From positions 2,272,001 to 2,336,000 of the forward strand of contig CAWDML010000001.1 of assembly GCA_963803435.1 (NCBI GenBank): a stretch of DNA of 64,000 nucleotides, in the 5' to 3' direction. The DNA comes from an uncultured delta proteobacterium (GTDB lineage: Bacteria; Myxococcota; Kuafuiibacteriia; Kuafuiibacteriales; Kuafuiibacteriaceae). The first letter of the stretch is position 1; every line of letters starts with the position of its first letter. Shown here piece by piece: positions 18,567-29,779 of the stretch. The translations under genes and the position numbers were made by a program. The notes below the pieces were generated by a model that saw only the letters and a program-made list of their open reading frames with translations, had not been told where the DNA came from and searched no databases.

Positions 18567-20882
18567 CTACATCCTCAGATAGAACGACGCGACGGACACG
18601 ACGTGCACCACCGCCAGCGTCAGGAGCATTGCAGTGACGCCGACGTGGAGCGCCAACCAGTTCCGGCGGATCCGATAGAGGAATCGGACGGCCTCGATCT
18701 CCGAGAGACGCACCGCGTCCTTGGCCAGCGTCTCCAGCGGCGCCGCCAGGACCGGATCGCGGGGCAGGATCGCGTCGAGCGACTTCAGCACGCCCGCCTC
18801 GGTGGCGGGTGGATCGTACCCGGACGACAGGCAGGCCATCGGGCTCCCGGCCGCCTTGATCGCCGAAGCTGCGATCTTCCGGTGCGCGGGATCGGCCTGC
18901 GCCAGCACCAGCTCGCTTCGCCGCTCCAGGAGCTCGGCCCGCTCCTCGAGCACGTCCTCCTCCACCTGCGACCCGCGCTCGAGCTTGGTGATCCGCTTGG
19001 GCCACCACTTGTAGAACACGATCCCGAACAGCCCGGTCGCGATCTCGGTGGAGAGGAGGAACCAGAGCATCGACGTGACGAAGCCCCCGAGTGACAGCCG
19101 TGAGTGCAGCGCCACCGCCAGCAGCGCCAGCACGCCGATCGCGACGTGCGCCCGGGCCCACAGATAGAACGGCCCGCCCTGCGCCCGGCCGCCCCGCCCG
19201 TCCTGGCCGCCCCGGTCCGGGTGCGGCGGCGCCTTCGGCCAGCGGTTGACCCGCCGGCGCGCCGCCAACCCGGTGGCCGCCAGCATGAAGCCGAACGCGC
19301 AGACGCCGAACAGCGTCCCGATCGGCGTGAACGGGAGCAGCGGATCGGCGATCAGCGCCAGCACCATCATCGCCGCCGCGATCAACGCGGTGACGCCCCA
19401 GATGATCGGCCGGGAGAGATCCTGCCGCTTCTCGCTCTCGGTGGCGGAGAACGCCTTGCGCACGCCGGAGGTCCTGAGCGCGTTCTGCACCTCCGGGAAG
19501 TAGGCCACCGGATCGACGCGGAGGATCGCGCGCGTCGGGCAGTTGTTCACACAGTTGGCCTCGTCGTAGCCGAAGCAGAGGTCGCACTTGCTGGCGATCT
19601 TCGGCGTGGCCAGATCGCCCACGAAGCGGTTGGGCGTGGGGACCATGGTGATGTTGTCCCAGGGGCAGCGGATCGCACAGTTGCTGCAGCCGATGCAGAA
19701 GTCGTGGATTGCGACCTCGCCCGTGGGCTTGCGATGGATCGCGCCGGTGGGGCACCCGATCATGCACTCGGGCGTCTCACAGTGCCGGCAGGAGGACGGG
19801 ATCAGGATCGCCTGGTTCGCGTACTCGGGCCCGCGCACCAGCTTCTTCCCGCGCCGGGTCATCTTCGCGTAGCCGTGGCGGGCCTCGCAGGCCCGTGTGC
19901 AGTTTCCGCAGCGGATGCAGAGACCCAGATCGATGGTGAGCAGCGAGCGCGCCTGCTGGACCGAGTCCGAGAGCAGGTGGGGGATGAAGCTGTTCTCGGA
20001 CACCACCGCGCTGGCGGCGTCGACCGCCTTGTCGAACTGAGCGGACCACGGCACCGCCTCGCCGCGGGCGTTGGTGAACCGGAAGCGGGCGTCGACCATC
20101 TGCCGGACCTCCTCGAACACCGGCCGCGCGATCTCGACGTAGTCCACGAACTCGAGCGCGGTCAGCGTCCCGGGCCGCGAGCCGATGTCCGCCAGACCGA
20201 TCACGTCGCCGGAGGAGAAGTAGGCCAGCACCGAGGTACCGACCTCCTTCTTGCGCTCGAGCTGACAGCTGCCGGCCTTCAGGATCAGGACCGTGTTGGC
20301 GAGGTCGTTCTCCTTGAAGAGGGCGTCGCCGCGGGGGACGGACTCCAGGGTGGCGTCCTGGACCAGCATCTTCTTCTCCTGGTCGGTCAGGGCGGCGAAG
20401 CCGGAGTGCTGGTTGAGGAAGGTGTCGATCGAGCGCCGCTCGAAGGTCTGCTCGAGGCGCGAGAGGACGCCCTCCTCGGCGTTGTCGAGCTTCTCGATCG
20501 TGATCTTCTCGATCTCGAGCACCACGCTGCGGAAGCGGGCGATGACGGTGGCGGAGCGTCGAGTCCGGCCCAGGATCGCGCCCTCGCCGATGTACGTACC
20601 GGGCTTGCTGAGCGTGGCCAGCTCGATCGGCGTCCCTTCGGACGAGATCGCCTGCACGCCGACGCTGCCGGCCAGGAGCACGAACATGCTGTGCCCGTGA
20701 TCGCCCTCGCGGACGATCTTCTCGCCCGCCTCGTAGCTCCTGAGGAAGCCGTCCTCGATCAGCTTGAGGCGGCGCTTCTGCGAGACCTTGCTGAGGAACG
20801 GTACCTCGCGGAGGATCTCGGCGATGTCGGCAGCCGCGAGCTGCGTCGACATCCCGATCGTCATCATGACATCGGCGCTCAC
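18567..20882 (-). CDS. Fusion protein: 2 cyclic-nucleotide-binding domains, 4x[4Fe-4S] (DmsB/NrfC-like) domain, di-heme cytochrome b-like membrane domain
   Basis: GEKIVREGD..YIGEGAILGRTRRSATV (cNMP). Fe-S motifs CIRCGNCTRAC, CRHCETPECMIGCP, CIGCSNCAIRCP and KCDLC..CVNNCP. Two transmembrane H-x13-H pairs. Start is GTG 20882 (GTGA overlap) or ATG 20867/20852. Confidence 0.9.
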   Translation of the reverse strand: MSADVMMTIGMSTQLAAADIAEILREVPFLSKVSQKRRLKLIEDGFLRSYEAGEKIVREGDHGHSMFVLLAGSVGVQAISSEGTPIELATLSKPGTYIGEGAILGRTRRSATVIARFRSVVLEIEKITIEKLDNAEEGVLSRLEQTFERRSIDTFLNQHSGFAALTDQEKKMLVQDATLESVPRGDALFKENDLANTVLILKAGSCQLERKKEVGTSVLAYFSSGDVIGLADIGSRPGTLTALEFVDYVEIARPVFEEVRQMVDARFRFTNARGEAVPWSAQFDKAVDAASAVVSENSFIPHLLSDSVQQARSLLTIDLGLCIRCGNCTRACEARHGYAKMTRRGKKLVRGPEYANQAILIPSSCRHCETPECMIGCPTGAIHRKPTGEVAIHDFCIGCSNCAIRCPWDNITMVPTPNRFVGDLATPKIASKCDLCFGYDEANCVNNCPTRAILRVDPVAYFPEVQNALRTSGVRKAFSATESEKRQDLSRPIIWGVTALIAAAMMVLALIADPLLPFTPIGTLFGVCAFGFMLAATGLAARRRVNRWPKAPPHPDRGGQDGRGGRAQGGPFYLWARAHVAIGVLALLAVALHSRLSLGGFVTSMLWFLLSTEIATGLFGIVFYKWWPKRITKLERGSQVEEDVLEERAELLERRSELVLAQADPAHRKIAASAIKAAGSPMACLSSGYDPPATEAGVLKSLDAILPRDPVLAAPLETLAKDAVRLSEIEAVRFLYRIRRNWLALHVGVTAMLLTLAVVHVVSVASFYLRM

Positions 20883-21715
20883 CGCAGCGGCCCTCCCTTG
20901 AACACGTGCCAAGCGGGGAGCGTGGACACGCTCGACATGCAGGCATCCTGGTGACACTTGTTGCAGTCGCCCGCCAGCGACACCTTGGCCCGTCCACCCG
21001 GCTTGTGGCAGGGACCGCAGGCGGTGGTCATGGTCTTGCGCCCCTGCGTCAGCACCAGCTCGGAGACGGACTCCGCCGCCTTGACGGTCGAATGACACTG
21101 CTCGCAGGTCAGCTTGCGGCCGTCGAGCTTCTGCGCCAGGTGCACCGGGTGCTTGTCCTTGAACGCGAGCGTCACTCGGCAGGGCGCGGGGTTGCCGATC
21201 GGACCGACCGGCCGGGCGTTGCCGTTCTTGTCGTAGCGCGGGTGATGACAGCCGGCGCAGTCGGTCATCGTCGGTTTCTGGTTGAGGTGACAGTCGAGGC
21301 AGGGCGCGTGACGGACCCGATCCTCCTTGCTCTTGTGGCAGAGATCGCAGCCGAGCTTGGTATCTTTCGAGTCCGTGTGCCGCTGATGCGAGATGTCGGC
21401 GTAGAACCAGGGGGAGATCGGTGGAAAGGGAACGAAGTCCGCGTTGACCCCCCGCGTCTTGGTCACGTGACACACGAGGCAGACCGTGGTGGTCTCGTAC
21501 GTCTTCGGGTCGTAGAAGTCCTTCACATGGCAAGCGTCGCCATCGCAGCGTTGGTGCGTCCCCGAGCCGGACGGGGGGACCGAGTCGGCCTCGGGGCCCG
21601 CCGTGTGGCAGGTGAGGCATTCGCCGGCCTCCACCTTCGGGTGGGTCCGATGGAAGGTGGGCATTTGACCGAGCGCCCCCAGGGCGACGGCGATGAGCGG
21701 CGTCGAAACCAGCAT
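20879..21715 (-). CDS. 9-heme periplasmic cytochrome c (three c7-like units)
   Basis: Signal peptide and 8 CxxCH plus CX4CH (CDGDACH); same layout as the N-terminal half of the 18-heme protein. Confidence 0.9.
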   Translation of the reverse strand: MLVSTPLIAVALGALGQMPTFHRTHPKVEAGECLTCHTAGPEADSVPPSGSGTHQRCDGDACHVKDFYDPKTYETTTVCLVCHVTKTRGVNADFVPFPPISPWFYADISHQRHTDSKDTKLGCDLCHKSKEDRVRHAPCLDCHLNQKPTMTDCAGCHHPRYDKNGNARPVGPIGNPAPCRVTLAFKDKHPVHLAQKLDGRKLTCEQCHSTVKAAESVSELVLTQGRKTMTTACGPCHKPGGRAKVSLAGDCNKCHQDACMSSVSTLPAWHVFKGGPLR

Positions 21716-21795
21716 CCGGGCGGGAGATTCGTCACGGGCATGGGAGTTTCTGTCAAGACGGGGCGCTCGCTATACTCCCCGCGGTCGCAGGCCTG
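21716..21795. promoter_or_regulatory. Putative divergent promoter region between redox operon and kinase
   Basis: 80-bp gap with TTGACA on the minus strand (21751-21756) and TATACT on the plus strand (21771-21776). The partner elements are weak. Confidence 0.35.
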
Positions 21796-23004
21796 ATGCA
21801 CTGTCCCATCTGCAAGCAGTCGTTCGGCAAGGGGGTGAAGCGCTGCCCCCTGCACGGTGCTCGGCTCGTCGACACCGCGGATCAGGTGGATAGGCCTCCG
21901 CCTGCGCCGGTGGTGGACGAGGAGGAGGATGCCACCGAGCACCCTACGATCACCGGTCCGCCTCTGATTTTGTCCGGATCGATCGGACGCAGGTACAAGA
22001 TGCGCTTCATCGCCGATCAGCAGATCGGCGAAGGTGCGATGGGCATCGTCTATCGGGGTCGCGACCTCTCGAAGAGCCCGCCCGCGGTGGTCGCGATCAA
22101 GGTGCTCAAGGCGCAGGAGTCGGACGAGCTCGGGCTCGAAGCGCGCTTCAAGCGGGAAGCGATGCTCGTGAGCAAGCTCGATCATCCGAACACGATCCAC
22201 TTCGTCGACTGGGGCGCCGAGCCGGACGGGACCCTGTTCTTGGTCACCGAGCTCCTCGCCGGCCAGCCCCTCGATCGGCTCCTGGAGGCGAACCCGAACG
22301 GAATCGGCGAAGATCGCACGCTCGACATCATCGACCAGGTCGCGGCGTCCCTGGCGGACGCGCACGCCAAAGGGGTGGTTCACCGCGATGTGAAGCCTGC
22401 GAACGTGTTCGTCGACGGCGCGCGGGCGAAGCTCCTCGACTTCGGGATCGCGCGGATCGCGTTCAATGGGATGGAGCTCTCCCAGACGTTCGCGGCGAAG
22501 ACCCGGACCGGGATGGCGATGTTCACGCCGATGTATTGCTCGCCGGAGCAGGCGGTCGGCGACGAGCTCGACCATCGCTCGGACATCTACAGCCTGGGCG
22601 TGGTCGCCTATCACTGCCTCACCGGAAAGACGCCGTTCAAGGGCGGGCTCGCCGGGCTGATCGAGGCGCACCTCTCGAAGGATCCACCGCCGATCAAGGA
22701 GCGGGCGCCCGAGGCGAAGGTCATGTACGCGACCGAGATGCTGGTGCGTCGGATGCTGGCGAAGCGCCCCGAGCAGCGCCCGCAGGACGCCGGCGAGATC
22801 CGCGCCGCCATCGCCGAGATCCGCGGCGACGCCAAGCCGACGCGGCTCGACCTCAAGCTGGTGCGCAAGGCGGCCCGGCCGGATCCCGCGCCGGCGGCGA
22901 CGCAGAAGATGCCGCGCTGGTTCCTGCCGGTGATGGGCGTCGGCCTGCTCCTCGTGGGCTATGTGGTGCTCCGAGCGCTCCTGCTCGCCCTGCGGGCGTC
23001 GTGA
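21796..23004 (+). CDS. Hanks-type Ser/Thr protein kinase with N-terminal zinc ribbon and C-terminal TM helix
   Basis: CPIC..CPLHG, GEGAMGIVY, VAIKVL, HRDVKPAN, DFG, SPE and SDIYSLG motifs. Confidence 0.95.
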   Translation: MHCPICKQSFGKGVKRCPLHGARLVDTADQVDRPPPAPVVDEEEDATEHPTITGPPLILSGSIGRRYKMRFIADQQIGEGAMGIVYRGRDLSKSPPAVVAIKVLKAQESDELGLEARFKREAMLVSKLDHPNTIHFVDWGAEPDGTLFLVTELLAGQPLDRLLEANPNGIGEDRTLDIIDQVAASLADAHAKGVVHRDVKPANVFVDGARAKLLDFGIARIAFNGMELSQTFAAKTRTGMAMFTPMYCSPEQAVGDELDHRSDIYSLGVVAYHCLTGKTPFKGGLAGLIEAHLSKDPPPIKERAPEAKVMYATEMLVRRMLAKRPEQRPQDAGEIRAAIAEIRGDAKPTRLDLKLVRKAARPDPAPAATQKMPRWFLPVMGVGLLLVGYVVLRALLLALRAS

Positions 23005-23090
23005 CCCCCGCGCAGCTTTCTGTTGACCTCGGACCGACACGAGTGGCTCTGTCAGTGCGCTGGCGGGGGTGTGAGCTTTTTGCCTCCGGA

Positions 23091-23152
23091 CTACCACTGA
23101 AAGTGGTGCCTTTTTGTCGACCCCACAACATTTTGTGGTCGGCAACTTGACA
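23091..23152 (+). promoter_or_regulatory. NrdR box (plus weaker tandem copy) and -35 element upstream of nrdJ
   Basis: CCACAACATTTTGTGG at 23123-23138 fits the NrdR consensus acaCwAtATaTwGtg. A weaker CTACCACTGAAAGTGG lies 32 bp upstream, and TTGACA is at 23147-23152. Confidence 0.7.
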
Positions 23153-23265
23153 TCGGACACGGAAAGACTGATGGTGCGCGAACGCGCTTTTCGGACGGAT
23201 GTGATCCATCCACCGTTCTTGGGAGGCGCGCGAGGGCAGCTCTAAGTCTTTCGGAGGAAGTCGGC

Positions 23266-26061
<2,796 letters not shown>

Positions 26062-26490
26062 GAGCCGGTCCGAAGACCTCCGGACCGTTCCGCGTTTCCT
26101 GTTTCGCTCGTTCTGCTCATTCGCTATTCAAAGCGGCCGTTGTTGCATCGTGCTCGATCGAGTGTTCTGCAGAGTCGATGCAGGCAAGATTCGCAAGTCT
26201 TCCGGACGCCCTGTGGAAACGCATTGAGCCGTGACTCCCGAAGCGAGGTCCAAGGCCGCGGGGAGGTCGCCCGCGGGTTGCGGATCGCGTCGTGACGGCA
26301 GGTATCGTCTATCGCCTTCGGACAGGGTGCCAGTGGAAGGCCCTGCCGCGCGAGTTCAGCTCCGGTTCGACGTGCCACAGTCGATTGGCGGCATGGTGCG
26401 CAGCAGGGATCTTCACCGCGATCTTCGCTGAGCTGCTGCGGTACTACGACAGGAGGCGCGGCCTACAGTGGAAGTGGACTTCACTCGACC
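26062..26490 (+). mobile_element. IS5-family transposase N-terminal remnant
   Basis: LPDALWKRIEP followed by a stop, then GIVYRLRTGCQWKALPREFSSGSTCHSRLAAW..GIF...WKWTSLD in another frame; truncated at the first catalytic Asp. Confidence 0.85.
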
Positions 26491-26500
26491 TAATTCCCAC

Positions 26501-27127
26501 CTACGCGAGGTGACGCGCGTACCGCGCAAACCAGAACGGATAGACCTGCACGTGCTCGGTCCCCGGGATCCGAGCCAGCAGGCGGCGCGCAGCCCGGGCG
26601 TCGAACAGCGCCGGCCCGATCTCGGGTGGGAGCACCGCCAGGCGCGCGTGCGTGAGCTCGCAGCCGAACGGGTGGGCGCGGGCTGAGTCCCAGGTCGACC
26701 CGAACGTGCGCGCGTTCAGCTCGCGGGCGGAATAGACGCCGCAGCGACCGTCGGCGAGGAGCAGCGGGCAGCGGAACTTCACGCGCGCCGCCACCTCGTC
26801 GCGCTCGTCGCCGCCCGGCAGGATCTCGAGCAGATCGAGCTCGTCTTCGAAGCGCTCGGCGAGCGCCCGCATCTCGGCGATCAGGATCGCCCGCTCGGCG
26901 GCGCTGCGGTGCGCGAAGAGGTGCGCAGCCACCATCAGGAACTCCGGCGCGGAGAGGAACACCGACTCGTGGCAGCAGGCGTCGCAACCGGCCCGGCACG
27001 GGAGCTCGAGCCCGGCGCTGGCGCGTCCGACCTCGCGATCGATCTCGTCGTAGAGCCCGCGGAGCGCTTCGAGCACCGGTTCGGGCTCGCCGAGCCCGAG
27101 GGCCTGGCTGAGCCCCAAGAGGGTCAC
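26501..27127 (-). CDS. YkgJ-family cysteine-cluster (Zn/Fe-chelating) protein
   Basis: CRAGCDACC and CPLL..GRCGVYSAR motifs. Confidence 0.82.
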   Translation of the reverse strand: MTLLGLSQALGLGEPEPVLEALRGLYDEIDREVGRASAGLELPCRAGCDACCHESVFLSAPEFLMVAAHLFAHRSAAERAILIAEMRALAERFEDELDLLEILPGGDERDEVAARVKFRCPLLLADGRCGVYSARELNARTFGSTWDSARAHPFGCELTHARLAVLPPEIGPALFDARAARRLLARIPGTEHVQVYPFWFARYARHLA

Positions 27128-27582
27128 GGACGGCCGCCGACCGGCACCACCATCGAGTCGCCGTCGGCGCGGATTTGGAGCTGCTGGGGACGATACGAGT
27201 CGCCCGGCGTCGATCCGCCGGCGTCGCGGAACTCGCGGTTGACCTCGAACCCGCGCAGCCCGGGCGCGATCGAGGGCACCTTGAGCACGTAGCGCCGGTC
27301 GAGCGTCAGCGTCACGTCATCGAGCTGGTCGCCGCTCTCGTTGCGGAGGATCAGCATGTTCGACGGAAAGCTCTGCTCGAACCAGACGTCGACGTCGATC
27401 GGGCGTCCGCCCACCATGGTCACGAACGCCACGGTGGCGAGGAGGTCGACCAGCAGGATGGCGATGATCCAGATGCGCATCTTCGCGAAGCGCCCGGCCC
27501 CCTCGTACGCCTCCCGCGTCGATCGCAGAAACTCGAGCGTGCTCCGGATGCCCTCGAGCAGCTGGCCCTTGAACGCGCTCAT
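27124..27582 (-). CDS. Hypothetical single-pass membrane protein
   Basis: GC3-biased codons, one TM helix, and overlap-coupled to both neighbours. Confidence 0.75.
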   Translation of the reverse strand: MSAFKGQLLEGIRSTLEFLRSTREAYEGAGRFAKMRIWIIAILLVDLLATVAFVTMVGGRPIDVDVWFEQSFPSNMLILRNESGDQLDDVTLTLDRRYVLKVPSIAPGLRGFEVNREFRDAGGSTPGDSYRPQQLQIRADGDSMVVPVGGRP

Positions 27583-28454
27583 CAGAAGACTCCGCCGATC
27601 GATAACATCATAGGGTCGGCGCTCTCGCCAGACGAGGCCGACCGCGCGTGGAAGGCGGGGATCGTGAGGCCTGCCGCGATCCCGAGGACGGCGCCCGCGA
27701 AGACGTCGGTGAGGTAGTGCTTGCCGCCCTGCACGCGCAGGTAGGCGACGAGGCCCGCTGTCAGATAGGCGACGCTCCCGGAGACCCAGGTGATCGGCGC
27801 GTTGCCGTGGCGCGCCGCCGCGGAGAACGCGATCAGCGACGCCGAGGCGAAGGCGAGCGAGGTGTGCCCGGAGGGAAACGACAACCGGGCGTCGCCCCCG
27901 AAGCGCTCGAGCTTCGGGTGACGCCCGCTGTATGTGTAGGGACGCGGGCGCTTCACCATCAGCTTCAGGAGGTTGGTGGCGAGCAGCGTGGCGCCCTGGG
28001 TCTCGGCGGCGATGAGCGCGTCCTCGCCGAAGCGGAGGCCCGGCCGATCGGCGCCGGTGGTGAACACGTCCGCGACCGCGTACCCGTACGGCGCCAGCGC
28101 CAGGGTCAACACGGCGAGGTCGCTGCCCAAGCGCGCGGAGGGCGAGCCGAGATCGCTCACAAAGCGCTCGAAGACGCTCACGCTGTCGTTCTCGCAGAGG
28201 CCCTCCTCCTCTCCCAGGCGCTCGAAGGCCGCCCGCTCCTCGGCCGTCGGCGATCGCCCCTCACGGCCGCACGGCGTCAGCCCGTTCCAACGCGCTTTCT
28301 CCGAGTCGATCAGGATCGCGATCCCGATCATCGCGGCGGTCCCCACGCCGTCGATCAACGGATCGACTCGATAGACCGAACCCTGGGGCTCCGCACGAAC
28401 GGGCCGCGGCACGAAGAGAAGCGCGGGGAGGATCAGGAGGAGCGGCGCCCTCAT
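27582..28454 (-). CDS. PAP2-family phosphatase
   Basis: KLMVKRPRP, SFPSGH and RVQGGKHYLTDV motifs. Confidence 0.92.
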   Translation of the reverse strand: MRAPLLLILPALLFVPRPVRAEPQGSVYRVDPLIDGVGTAAMIGIAILIDSEKARWNGLTPCGREGRSPTAEERAAFERLGEEEGLCENDSVSVFERFVSDLGSPSARLGSDLAVLTLALAPYGYAVADVFTTGADRPGLRFGEDALIAAETQGATLLATNLLKLMVKRPRPYTYSGRHPKLERFGGDARLSFPSGHTSLAFASASLIAFSAAARHGNAPITWVSGSVAYLTAGLVAYLRVQGGKHYLTDVFAGAVLGIAAGLTIPAFHARSASSGESADPMMLSIGGVF

Positions 28455-29239
28455 CGAATCGGGACCGTGGACGTCCGGGTGCCCGCGGCGCGATCGAGGC
28501 TCTCCTTGGCGTGCTTCATCGGCGGGAGGTCCCAGCCCTCCGAGAAGACCGGATCCTTTGCGATCTTCTCCGGGTGGGCGACACCGCCCTCGAGCACGCG
28601 CGCGAGGTGCTGCGCCGTGTCCGCCCAGCGACCGCGCCGGGCCGCGAGACGGGCGAAGCCGTACTCGGCGAGCGATTCCTGATCGTGCGTGAGGAGGCGC
28701 GTGAACTCGCGCTCCGCCTCGTCGAGCTCACCCAGATCGACCAGAAGGCTGCCGAGCGCAAACCGAGCCGCATGAAAGTCGGGGTCGACCTCGAGCGCCC
28801 GAAGCTGGAGCTGCTTCGCCTTCACCAGGTCACCCTGCTTCTGGTAGAGGCCGCCCAGCGCGTTGAGCGCGAACGTGTCCTTGGGTTCGAGCGTGACGGT
28901 CTCCTCCAGGAGCCGGATCGCGTCGTGGGTGTTGTTGGCGCTGGTCAGCGCGATCGCGAGCTTGTGACGCGCCGACATCGCCTTGGTCTCGAGCGCGATC
29001 GCCTTCCGGTAGCGCTCGATGGCCGCGTCGTAGTCCTCGCGCTCGAACGCGACGTTGCCGAGACCCTCCCAGGCCGCCGCGTTCTTGGGATCGACGTCGG
29101 CCGCCGCCTGGTAGTGCTTCTCGGCCGACGCGAGGTCGCCGCTCTTGAAGAAGACGTGAGCCTTCCGGAGATTCTCCTCACCCTTCTGGCATCCGGTCAG
29201 GGCGACTCCGAGGATCACGACGGTCAGCCACCGTCTCAT
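28451..29239 (-). CDS. Tetratricopeptide-repeat lipoprotein
   Basis: Lipobox LTGC and tandem TPR-like repeats (AWEGLGNVAF, ALNALGGLY, ARFALGSLL). Confidence 0.88.
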   Translation of the reverse strand: MRRWLTVVILGVALTGCQKGEENLRKAHVFFKSGDLASAEKHYQAAADVDPKNAAAWEGLGNVAFEREDYDAAIERYRKAIALETKAMSARHKLAIALTSANNTHDAIRLLEETVTLEPKDTFALNALGGLYQKQGDLVKAKQLQLRALEVDPDFHAARFALGSLLVDLGELDEAEREFTRLLTHDQESLAEYGFARLAARRGRWADTAQHLARVLEGGVAHPEKIAKDPVFSEGWDLPPMKHAKESLDRAAGTRTSTVPIR

Positions 29240-29243
29240 GTCC

Positions 29244-29777
29244 TCATTCCTCGCCGCCGCGGCTCAACTCGATCAAGTTGTAAGAGTTGGATCCGTGGTT
29301 CCGCACGTGGAAAACGATGTTGGCACCGGCCGGAGCATCGAAGTCGGCGGTGAAGCGGGGCGACAACAGTTCGCTGGGCGAGGGGATCGGGATCTCGCGC
29401 TCGAGGATGGTCCGGCCGTCGATCGTGAGGGCCATGGTGGCGGTGGAGGCCTCCAGCGCCACCAGCTGGAAGTGCCAGATCCGGATGTGAACGAGGTCGC
29501 CGCGCTCCACCTCGGCCAGCGCCGGCTGCTCCAGGGTCACGTACGCGCAATCCTGGGCGTTGATCCCGAGCGTCGGCTCGCCGCCCAGGTCCTCCAGCCC
29601 GAAGGCCGTCGGCGGACACGCGTCCGGGCCGGGCCGGAAGGCGTCGTAAGGATCGCGCTCGGGCGGCACCACGCTCCACTTCGCCGGCGACACCACGTCG
29701 GCCAGCTCCTTGGGCGGATGGCAGCCGGGCAGCCCGAGGGCCACCCACAGCGAGAGCGCGGGAAGGCCGAGACGCAC
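29244..29777 (-). CDS. Hypothetical lipoprotein
   Basis: GTG start, lipobox LPGC, and a beta-rich domain ending FHVRNHGSNSYNL; operonic position. Confidence 0.72.
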   Translation of the reverse strand: MRLGLPALSLWVALGLPGCHPPKELADVVSPAKWSVVPPERDPYDAFRPGPDACPPTAFGLEDLGGEPTLGINAQDCAYVTLEQPALAEVERGDLVHIRIWHFQLVALEASTATMALTIDGRTILEREIPIPSPSELLSPRFTADFDAPAGANIVFHVRNHGSNSYNLIELSRGGEE

Positions 29778-29779
29778 GG

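Noticed and set aside
14803-19767. 1654-aa minus-strand ORF and other very long R/G/A/P-rich ORFs (e.g. 5474-7663, 10116-13739, 23242-25983, 46748-49840)
   Set aside because: These are shadow frames of real genes in a high-GC genome where stop codons are rare. They show no motifs and have the amino-acid bias typical of off-frame or antisense translation.
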